Assembly (NCBI RefSeq): GCF_046119375.1
Contig: NW_027362773.1
Coordinates: 160,270,001-160,334,000 of the forward strand
Length of the DNA: 64,000 nucleotides
Origin: Phyllobates terribilis
Lineage: Eukaryota
Direction: 5' to 3'
In this document: one piece after another, positions 53,601-64,000 of the stretch
Layout of the letters: each line of letters opens with the position of its first letter
How positions within the stretch are numbered: the first letter of the stretch is position 1
The notes under the pieces: generated by a model
Seen by the model: the letters and a program-made list of their open reading frames with translations, nothing else
What the model was told of the DNA's origin: nothing
Database searches by the model: none
Made by a program: the position numbers and the translations under genes

Positions 53601-56600
53601 AATAAAAGCGAACGCTGAAATACTCACTGCTGGAGGGAGACCCCGAACTGCTGGTTTGGCAGCGGAGGCCGTGGTGGGGTCGTCTTCTGGCCGGGCGGCG
53701 CAGTCTTTATCGTGGAGCGGATGAGCTCATCGTATCTATGGAGAAGAGGTCAGGTATTATAGGGCAGGAGCTCGCATGAAAGGGACGGCCTGAAAAAGTT
53801 TTAATTAGAACATTCCTCGCTACGGGCGAGCCGGCCTCACGCGGCGAGCCCCTCGCTACGGGCGAGCCGGCCGTGTAGAAATCCAAAGTGCCAGAGCTGA
53901 GAAACCAACATGCAAATTAGCCTGCCAGTGTATTGGGGATGGAAGGGGGGGGGGTCCATGAACTCAGTGTTTAGACACGCCTCCAATGCGCTTCCAGGCT
54001 AATTTGCATGTGGGATTACAAGAGCATCATCACTGTTACTGTAGTTCTAGGGCAGATACTGCCATAAAATCATCCCGATCAGTTCCCTTTAATTATTCTG
54101 TAGAATCATCACATACATTAAAGGGGTTATCAAAAAACATGGCTGCCTTCTTTCAAACACAGCGCCACCCCATTGCTTACAGGGTGTGTTTGGTATTGCA
54201 ATTCTGCACCAATCACTTCAACAAAGTTGAGCTGCAATACCAGACACAACCTGTAGATAGGGTGGCGCTGCTTCTGGGGGCTAACCATGTATTTGTAAAG
54301 CCTTGTTTTATGAGGATTACTTGAGGACTTGTTTCGGGATCCCCAGCTGATCCAGCTTCACAATCTCCTCCAATTCGCTCAGATAATTTGCGTAGAAAAT
54401 CTTCCGACCAAACTTGAAGCTGAAAAAATAAATAAATCAATTAATCACCGGATCGTCACTATCATTATCGATTTAACACAAAACTGCATTCATTTATCGG
54501 TCAGTAAAAACATCATCACTTAACCCCTTCCTGGCTCGCATTTTTTTTGCTTTCCCCCCCCCTTTCCACCATCCCAGACCCATCATTATTTTTATATCGA
54601 GACAGGGGCTTAAGGTTTATTGTTTTCAATTATTACAGTTAAAGTAAAACTACATTTACTTATTTTTCTGTATTAAATTTAAAAAAAATAAACGATTTTG
54701 ATTCATTTTGTGAGATTTTGAGCGGCTTTTAAACGTCCATGATGGGGGCTTCCTCCAATGGCACCTGCTGCAGGTTGGCGTCAGCTGTATACCACAGTCG
54801 GCACCGGCTCCGTACACTTGTGCCCAACATGTGACAGACACAAATGAGCATTTTGCTCGTTTATATGACTAGGAAATGGGTGATTTAATCCCCATTTAGA
54901 GGGGTTAAGGGGTTCGTCCTGCTCTTATCACTTCCATATTGTGAAGCGAGCGTGGTAGGTGACATCAGGTCTACACATGGCGGATGGGACACAAGAGCGG
55001 CGGGTATTGTCACCTCTACTGGCAGGTGTCAGCAGACATTGCATCACTTGCTCCATTCACCTCACTATATGGAGGGGATAGGAGCAGGACGGACCCCTTC
55101 ATACACATCAGTGGAGACGACAGCCCCCCCTCCCTGTTACCTTATTATAGGCTTGAATAGGATCAGTAAGGTCTTGATGAACATGGTGGGGTGCACAATG
55201 TACAAAGCCTTGATGTTCTTCTTGTACCTAAAAAGAAATTAGAAGACGTACAGTCACATAGGGGTTAAATCTGCACCTATAATAGTGTAAATGTGACATC
55301 ACAAAAGTATCACCAGTCCGGTAAGTTCTCCGCCATATACAACAGGGAGGGGGGGGGGCCACACGGCTAAATCTGCCGCCTCCCCCCGTATCCACGACCT
55401 CAATACAATGGCAGTTATGGTCTCCCTGCACCCGCCACACGACCAGCGCCGTCACCGGCTGCGGCCCCGCCACACGACCAGCGCCGTCACCGGCTGCGGC
55501 CCCGCCACACGACCAGCGCCGTCACCGGCTGCGGCCCCGCCACACGACCAGCGCCGTCACCGGCTGCGGCCCCGTGGTGACTTCTAGATCAGGCGCTCCT
55601 TACTGATTGCCGCCCGCAGGGACCGACCTATCAAAAGGCACCTAGGATGTCTGATAAAGCCAAGGACGATGCGATCTTACAGATATTTCCCTGGTCTGAT
55701 CAAAACCCAGGACACCAAAAAGCAAATGGTCACTGCCAATTACAGAGCGATAACGCCATCCGCATCCTGTGTGGCATCGGGGTCACGTTCAGACTGTGGG
55801 GTTTCCAGAGACGCTGAATTGTATCACATAGATGGAGATTATTGTATGTTTAAAAAAGTGGGTAAAGTGGCGTCGGGGGGACAGTGATAGACGGCGCACG
55901 CTCTTCTGGAATACTTTCCCTCCTGCAGACGTCAGCAGGATATATACAGATCGCGCAGAGCCGCGGTCGTGTTCCCTGCTGAGCTTCCTCCATGGACACG
56001 ATAAAGATCAAAGGCAGAAACTACTGGCAGCGATCTCCGCTATCCAGCCTGAGCGCAGCAGCATCCCCCCCAGCCCATCTGTTTAGGGGTCTCGTGCAGA
56101 ATATCCATAGACATCGCTCTGCTGATAGATTAGCACGGAGGCAGCCCCCCACCCCCGGATAAGACTCAGGGAGGGTGGGAGCAGCACATTCAGTGCTCTA
56201 TGTACGGAGCAGTGGAGAGCGAGCGTAGCCACAAGAGATGAGCGAGCTGATTCCCAGGACCCTGTGGCCGCCGGACAGGGACCCTGCGAGCCTCCTCCTA
56301 CCTGCTGTACCCCACGTGCCACTTCTGAGTTGTCGGCTCGATGCATCACGCTGGGTCTGGGACGCCAGTATTTAGGAGGAGGGTCGCAGAGCTCGGAGTA
56401 CAGACGTGGGCGCAGCAGAAATACTTATCTCTACGGACCACCTCTCCAATCATCGTCTCAGTGAGCCGTGGTCATACGTGCCCATTACTGCCCCTATAAA
56501 CCCACAGAAGTGAATGAAGCCGTGCACGCCAGCCATGCAGGATCGGTGGGCGTCCACCAATCATACATTTATCCGTTTCTCTTTGCAGTCACCAGTTTAC

Positions 56601-59600
56601 AGCGAGGTGCGCGCTCCTTTACTTCATGAATCAGTGTTTGCCTATAAAATGGCGACGGATAAGCCAGTAAATCCTCCCACCATGGACCTAACGATGCACG
56701 GGTGTCACCTCGGGTGGCGACATGACGCAGGCACTCACTTGCGGTCGAACTCTCGATAGGCGTCTCTCAGCCATCCCAGAGACGGCTTGTTGTCGCTGGT
56801 CAGGCCGTGGTGTAGGTAAACCAGCGTGTAATCGCTCTCCACGTACTGGTCCAGCGTGTGCTTCAGATACCTGCCGGAAAAACGGGGGAAAGAAGAGTCA
56901 CCGCAGATGGTTTCCAAATCATAAACATCGTCACAACCTGTGAGAGCGATGGGATCCTGCATCAGAGTAGAAAAACATGGCTGCATCTTACTACCTGTCC
57001 GTGATGAGCGTCTGCTACTGCAGCACGAAAAAAAAACGAGCTGCAATACCAGACACAGACAGTAGTGGCGCCGTTTCAGAAAGACTCTACGCCACTCACG
57101 GCCTCAGTATAAACAGGCAGTAGTCAGCTTGTGCATTAGCTGACAGTGGAGGGGGTGATGGACTTGAGCGCCCATTGAGCGCCCATTGGCTTCCCCATCG
57201 GATCAGTCCCACTAATATATAAGGGATCGGCACGCTGTCGATTTGCGGCACGCTGTCAGATTTGCGGCACGCTGTCGATTTGCGGCACGCTCCTTTCCAC
57301 CATGTCACATGACTGATTTCGTGGAAACGTGCCATGATGAACCTTTCTATAAAAGTTAGAATTTGGATTTGTCTGGAGCCAAAACACAGAAGGGGGTAAA
57401 ACACGGCTGGAAAAAGCAATAAAACGAGAAGGAATGCAGACGGCCAAGCACCAAATATGGAGAGAGGAGGAGAGCATCGGACGGCCCGGCCGCCTCCTGG
57501 CCTGAAATAAGGGGGCTGATTAATGGCGCAGGCAGTGGAGGGGGGATCCACAGACCACACAACACGCCGGGTTTACGACAGACACTTACTGCAGGAGTTT
57601 GACGTGGTCGAGCTGGTGACACGGGGGCAGGCGGCAGGCGCTGAACACAACAATCTTGCGTCCAAACTTGTCATCGCCTGTGAAGGAAAAGGCAAGACGT
57701 GAAACAAATGTAAAAAAATATATATAAAACATCCTAAATATATCGACAACTGCTGAGAAAAGGAGGCCCCCAACGCTCATCCTTTATTATACAGGAGGGA
57801 CCACGTCAGGAGAGATCCGCGCACATTTAGGGCAATTGAGGCGGCTCGGACACATCCGCAGAGAGATGGCCGCAGACCCGGGTTGTGCTGCAGAGTTCTC
57901 CTTTTGCAGATTGGTAAGTGAACGGCAACTGCAAAAAGCGATGGTGTGGATTCACCACTGTGGAAATTCTGCAGCAGAAATGTCCCGTGTGGACCCCAAT
58001 CACTTCATGTGGCCGTCGCTGGCTGCTCCCCTTCCTGATGCAAAGGCGAGCGGAGCCGGAGAAACCCTTTATATAGGCTGATTTATGAGACAGTAAATCT
58101 ATTCTGTGTCAGGTGATAATTGTGGCACAATCTCGGCCTCCTATGGAGGAACAAATAATGGGGGTCACAGTCCAGGAAAGTGAACGATGTAGATGAGAAT
58201 AATCCAGAAAACGTATAAAGAAGTGGTCGGCTGGTGAGCGATAGGAGCGAACAACGCCGACCTCCATGGTGTGAGCATCATTCGAAGGTCTAAAGCCGAG
58301 GTCGGCGCCCTGTGTCACCCATACTACAGAGGGTAAAGCCAAAGTGTGGTGGTGCACGGTGGCATGGGCCACATGCTCACGGGGTCGCCACCTTCTGGCC
58401 ATTGGCTGCAGGGACGCTGGCAACCTGTCATTTACACAATGACTACCTGCAAACTTCTACATTTTATACCCTGGGTATGCTCTGCCGCCCGCGTGGCCAC
58501 GACCACCCTCCTCTTCTGCCGCCCCCCAGGGGCCCCGACCACTTTCTGGGGTCACTTTCCGCGTTTGGAAAAACGCGATGACGCGGAGCAGCAGTGATGG
58601 ACGGGTCGTAAACGCACAAGACGCTGAATGGAGGGAAGTTTCGCAGGGACGGGCGCTATAGTTCAGCTTCTTAAAAAAACAGAGTCCTGATGAACGCTGA
58701 CAGCGGAGCGCGGCCGTGGGAAAGTCTGATCAGCCGTCCCCGGAGAGCAGAGAATAAACCGCCCGCTATTAATATCACACGCGACAATGACGCAAGAGCG
58801 GCTCCTGATCACACGGGATCCCACCGGGATAACATAGGAAAGGGGGTGTTCACTATAGCGGCTCTCTGGACCTCAAACTACGGATGCATCCGCTCTACTG
58901 GGCGGTATACAGCAGATCTGTCCCATGTAGTACAGTTAGATCCAAAAATATTTGGACAGTGACCGAATCTTCGTGATTTCAGCTCTGCAGGGAGCTCTTT
59001 TGGATTTAAAATAAACACCCGAAATGCGATTGAAGTGGAGACTTTCAGGTTTAATTAAAGAGGTTGAAACGTTTAGGAATTGCAGCCATTTTCCTACAAA
59101 TCCTCCTCATTTCAGGGGCTCAGTAGTAACTGGGCAAATTCACTTTCCCATAAATAAAATGTTGATATTTAACTCTTTGTAGAGAATCCTTTTTCCGCAA
59201 TGACGGCCTGAAGTCTGGAGGCCATGGATGTCACCATCGCTGGTCTCCTCCGATGTAAGACCACGGACATCACCATCGCTGGGGTCCTCCAGTGTGAGGC
59301 TTTGCAGCAATGACGGCCTGAAGTCTGGAGGCCATGGACGTCACCATCGCTGGTCTCCTCCGGTGGTGAGGCCATGGACGGTCACCATCGCTGGTCTCCT
59401 CCGGTGGTGAGGCCATGGAAGGTCACCATCGCTGGTCTCCTCCGGTGGTGAGGCCATGGAAGGTCACCATCGCTGGTCTCCTCCGGTGGTGAGGCCATGG
59501 AAGGTCACCATCGCTGGTCTCCTCCGGTGGTGAGGCCATGGACGGTCACCATCGCTGGTCTCCTCCGGTGGTGAGGCCATGGACGGTCACCATCGCTGGT

Positions 59601-62600
59601 CTCCTCCGGTGGGGAGGCCATGGACGGTCACCATCGCTGGTCTCCTCCGGTGTGAGGTTTTGCCTCCTTTTCTACAGCGACTTCAGTTCTCGCTTGTTTG
59701 TGGCTCTTTCTGCCCTCAGTTTTGTCTTCAGTCTGTGAAATGCGGCTCGATGGGCTGAGATCTGGTGAGGACTTGGCCATTGCAGAATATTCCACGTCTT
59801 TGCTTTCACAGGATGTTTGGGGTCATTGTCCATCTTTACTGCATTTGGTTGAATCTGAGTAGAAAGTCTCGCCCTGTACACACAGGATTCATCCAGCTTC
59901 TTCTGTCTTCAGACTCATCATCAATAACCACTACTGACCCAGCGGCATTGGTAGCCATGCATGCCGGCGCCATCGCCTCCACAGGATGTGCTGAGGATCA
60001 GGAGCCGCTCCAAGCCTTCTCCAGACTTTTTTCTTCTTCTAATCATTCTGGTGCAGGTTGATCTTAGTTTTGCTTTTCCAGAACTGGGTGGCTTTTTTTA
60101 TGTTTTTGGCAAAGTTTAATCTGTCCTTTCTATTTTCAGGCTGATTAATGGTTTGTACCTTGTGGTGAGGTGACCCCTCGGTATTTGCGCTCATGATGGC
60201 TTCTCTTTATGGTGGACTTAGATACGGAGACCCCGACTTCCTGGAGAGTCTTCACTTGGGGAATAATGTGAAGGGTATTTCTTCAATACAGGAAGATTTC
60301 TGCTATCATCCACCACTGGAGTCTTCCGGGGATGTCCAGACCTTTCTGAGTCCTCTGCTCACCAGTGTGCTCTCTTTTGCGGAATGTCCAAAGCTGTTGA
60401 TTTGGCCGCTCCTAATATTTCTGCTCTTTCTGATGGATTTCTTCTTCTGTTTTCAGGCTGATGATGGTCTTTTGCTCTTCCATGGAGAGCTCCATTGACC
60501 GCATGTTGTGGGTTCACAGCAACAGCTTCCAAATGCAAATGCTACACCTGGAATCAGCTCCAGACCTTTTACCTGCTTAATTGATAATAGATTAATGAGG
60601 GATAAACCCATGCCGCCCATTTAAGAGCTTCTGAAATAATTGTCCAAATACTTTTGGCCCCTTGAAAAAGAGGCAGTTACTTATTAAAGAGCTGTAATTC
60701 CTAAACCCTTCCCCCAATTAGGATGTGAATCCCTCAGAGTAAAGCTGAGAGTCGGCACTTTAAGCACAGATTGATTATAGAACTGGATCATCAATGTGTT
60801 TTGGCATTTTAGCTGTTTACCAAAACTTCTGTCACGGCCAAATATTTCTGGACCTCACTATATAATCGAATGACAAATGAACGTACAGACGAGGCTTCAG
60901 AACTGTTGCTCCATCAGACACGGTGGTGAATGTTCTGTGCGGAGATAATCATCAACTAGAAAACAGGGAGGGAGGAGCGAGAGTTTGCTTCTCTAACATC
61001 AGGATCCTCATGAGAAGAGCTGGAGGAATCCTGGGCTCTGCGGCCGGAGCAAACATGACGTGCCATGCAAACTATGCCAGAAATGTTCTGCAGAGCAAGA
61101 TAAGACAGAGAGTCTGAGAGCTGCTGCACATGATCCGCCGCCGCCTGAGGACACGGGGGCCCGAGCTGGGGGGTCCTGACATCCGCTCTGCAGGACAAGA
61201 ACCGGACCCGTCTGCTTCCCATTTTTATCATTTTACCAAATAAACAGCGCCACTCCAATCCTCAGGTTGTGCCAGGTATTGTGACAATATTGGACCCAGC
61301 CCAATAACAAGTCACCTATTCTATCCATCTGAAGCTCAGTGCACACGGAGGTTTTTGAAGTTGTTTTTTTCCCCCCACTAAGGTTTTGAAAAACTCTTGG
61401 TGAAAAATAAGAACGTGCCGGTCAGTTCTTTGAAGCGGCTCCTGATGGAAAATGCTGCAAACGCTGCACTGTCCAATCAGAAAGCTGCAAAAACTTCAAG
61501 AAGTTAAAAAAAAAAACTCTTCCAAAACAAGCAGCAAAACCTGAAACAGTTTCCATTAGAAAACGGTGAGATTTTTTTTTAAAAGCACAAGGAACAAGGT
61601 CCAACAGCCTCTTCCACCTCAGACCTCAAAGATCATCCACTCCATTCTCATTATGGTTAAGTGGACTTGCCGGCACTCATCTACAGGATCCGGTCTGCTG
61701 AACGCCTTGGAGCCGTCCCCCTGCGTGTTCTGCTCGCTGCACAGACCTGACAGTGGAATAACGCCATGGAAAACGGCGCGGGCAGAGGACGGCGGGGGGA
61801 CACGGCGCGGGCAGAGGACGGCGGGGGGACACTGTCTTACAGAAATCAGGAATTCTAGATGGCTTCTTGTGCATAAAGAGGGAAGACAAGAGGTGGAGAA
61901 TACGCAGTCATGGTGTGGACATAAAGGTAATGGTTATGGACCAAAATTCCCAGAAGAACGCTTCGGGCACCACGACAATAACTCATTTCTGGATGCCATC
62001 CTCCAAATTGGTAGGTATGGCATTACATTTCCCCCCGGAAGGCTGCAGCAATGCCGAGCTGTGCAACGACTCAATATTCCACAGCTTCATCCTATATTTT
62101 AGCTTTATGGATATGGGTTATTCTTACAGATGACTCGGAGCTGACGCAATGCGCTATGCCCTGAACTCCCCACGTTCACCATAATTAGCCCCGTATTCAG
62201 CTGACAGCCCCGAGAAAGTGAGGGGGCAACAGGCTGGGGCTACACAGTGAATTCATCTGCAACTGCAAGCCCCAAACCTGCAGGATTTTTCGGGACCTGT
62301 GTGGTGATGGCCAAAGTTAGCATTACCCCGGTGTAACGACAGCTATACACAGAGGAGGGCTGTAATACTGCAGATACGCTGTGTGTAACTTGCTCTTACA
62401 GATCCGCATCTACTGACTGACAATCACTAGATGCGATGTCACAGAACGACCGTCAGGTCGCCCAAACTCAGAGGTGAAATTGGGAGGTTAACGCTGTTGC
62501 GGTCAGAAATACATTTCAAATGACGAGAAGACACAAAATCGGCGCTGCCCACTGTCTACCCGTTATCAAAGCAAACCGCAACCCAAGTGTGAATAGGGCA

Positions 62601-63732
62601 GAATCAAGGACGTAACCCTGTCGTGGACTCGCCCCATATGTCCTCCTCTGTGCGGCTCCTTACCTGCCACCTCCACAATCTGGTGTCGGGCAATGTCGTA
62701 GTAAGGGTCATCCCAGCGCAGGTGAGTGAGGGGGTCCGGGGAGACTTTGGAGTCTTCTGCAATGGAGAAAAAAAAAAGTTTTTATTTATAAAGTCCCAGA
62801 ACCCCCCCAGCACATGGTCAGTGTTACACCCCCACAGGAAGGGATCGGGGGAGGGAGCAAACCACCCAAAAAGCTGAGACGCACCAGCCAATTCCTACAT
62901 GCAATGTGCCCGAGCCCCTGGAGTCACCGGAGCAGAAAACCCCCAGACTGTTCTTCACCTGCAGCTGTTAGGACATGCTGGGAGTTGTAGTCTTGCAAGG
63001 ACTGGAGACCACTGCTCTACAGAATAGTATAAAAGTAGGTGATAATTGTGATATACATAATATAGGGGTCAGGACCCTGCAGAAATCGCTGTATACGACC
63101 CCAAAGAACAGCACAAAGCTGGGGCTGTTCCTGTGCAGATGTGTGTAATGAGGGGCACGGGGTCACACGGGGGCATTTGTGCCGCTACAGAAATAACTTT
63201 CATGGTCTCTTATAACTGTATGAACAGAGTCTTGTTGGCACATTACGTCCCCCCCAAAGCTGCTGCAGAGAAGGGGCGGCTGCTCCATAGTCCTGCAATG
63301 GAGACCGAGCGGACTCATCCAGCAGATCTATTAGTTACATGGGACTGCTGGAGAGAACCCGTCACCCCCAGTGATCACTAAGCAGTGTTCTGCACCATAC
63401 GCAGCTTATTTCAGGCCGTGCAGGAGCAGTTTCCACCCGATCAGGGGGAGCGTCGGGTCTCGGATTCCACCAATCTCCTATTGACGACCTATCATTACAG
63501 ATGGGTCATTTATTGTTAGGTCCTGGAGAGCCCCTTTAATGACGAGGACCCTTCTAACAAGTAAGGATTGTCCGCAGCGGTGCTGGCCATCACCTGACTT
63601 GGGGAAGTCCTGCACGTCGTCAGAAGGCCAGTTCTTGTCATCCAGGGACGCCAGCTTCAGCTGATCCAGGGACTGAGTGGTTTCATCTCTCTCCAAGTCG
63701 TCCTGCAGATCTGACAAAGCTTCTGAAGTCAT
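50643..63732 (-). CDS. ARHGAP1: Rho GTPase-activating protein 1 (p50RhoGAP/Cdc42GAP; BCH/CRAL-TRIO + RhoGAP), 437 aa
   Basis: Coding exons (minus): 63732-63594, 62756-62664, 57677-57590, 56870-56739, 55227-55141, 54419-54321, 53735-53628, 53551-53472, 52798-52721, 52282-52154, 51004-50901, 50819-50643. Total 1314 nt in frame. Contains [28 protein letters not shown] (SH3 ligand), EGIFRRSA (arginine finger) and [12 protein letters not shown]. Confidence 0.97.
53214..53410. repeat. 31-bp CpG-rich minisatellite, ~6 copies
   Basis: Unit gtcgccgtgcgcatcatccccgcactgcgac, about 60 bp from the donor at 53471. Confidence 0.92.
54524..54904. mobile_element. piggyBac-like non-autonomous element
   Basis: TTAA|cccctt ... 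agagggg|TTAA. The internal sequence resembles other AT-rich dispersed fragments (2960-3840, 17760-18120). Confidence 0.6.
55436..55575. repeat. 35-bp minisatellite, 4 copies
   Basis: Unit cacacgaccagcgccgtcaccggctgcggccccgc. Confidence 0.92.
58933..60860 (-). mobile_element. Degraded Tc1-like transposon in an ARHGAP1 intron
   Basis: TA flanks at 58931-32 and 60861-62. TIRs cagttagatccaaaaatatttggacagtgac / gtcacggccaaatatttctggacctcacta. Minus-strand fragments [15 protein letters not shown] and [19 protein letters not shown]. Confidence 0.88.
59327..59655. repeat. 41-bp minisatellite, ~8 copies, derived from the Tc1 transposase 3' coding sequence
   Basis: Unit gaggccatggacggtcaccatcgctggtctcctccggtggt. 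Its core is the reverse complement of the codons around VTSMAS of the host transposase. Confidence 0.9.
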
Positions 63733-64000
63733 CACGTGCTCTGCAAAAACCAACGGAGCGGAGCATTAAGAAACGCTGCCAAATTACTGTCATCAATACC
63801 CCCATCAGCACCGCCAGACACGCTGGGAGTTGTAGTGACACAACTGTTGCACTACATGAACAACCTGTCGCGGGGGGGAGGATAACGGGCATCATTACAT
63901 CTCCCAAAGGCATTGACACCCAGCTCTTCCAGGCTCCTGGTTATGCATCAGTACATCTGAGAGAACTGAGGGATCAGATTACAGCCTACTATGAGAGGAG

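Noticed and set aside
58109-58597. Cluster of 80-105-aa ORFs in an ARHGAP1 intron suggesting a nested gene
   Set aside because: No recognisable domain and no consistent exon chain.
61566-62102. 178-aa plus-strand ORF antisense in an ARHGAP1 intron
   Set aside because: GTG start, no motifs, and it includes a short tandem duplication. Consistent with chance.

Overview
This is compact vertebrate genomic DNA. The repeat content (Tc1 IR/DR elements, T2/TTAA MITEs, hAT MITEs, a tRNA-derived SINE, many minisatellites) suggests a frog, but the species cannot be fixed from sequence. Four intact spliced protein-coding genes were reconstructed exon by exon, with GT-AG boundaries and reading-frame phases that close exactly. 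They are HARBI1 (minus, 2 coding exons, 347 aa), ATG13 (plus, 17 coding exons, about 545 aa), an unnamed SPRY + SOCS-box gene resembling SPSB3 (plus, 5 coding exons, 244 aa) and ARHGAP1 (minus, 12 coding exons, 437 aa). The order matches the recalled vertebrate AMBRA1-HARBI1-ATG13-ARHGAP1 block, except that the SPSB3-like gene and a repeat-rich stretch lie between ATG13 and ARHGAP1. The GC-rich start of the window is probably the AMBRA1 promoter, inferred from synteny only. There are four Tc1 elements, one with an uninterrupted DD34E transposase ORF and both TIRs. A 3-kb minisatellite sits inside a hAT element. All the very long ORFs at 39.5-44 kb are repeat artefacts. The best novelty candidate is the SPSB3-like E3-adaptor gene. 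I see no evidence of a wholly new multi-gene system. Comparisons with human proteins are from memory, not from a database search.
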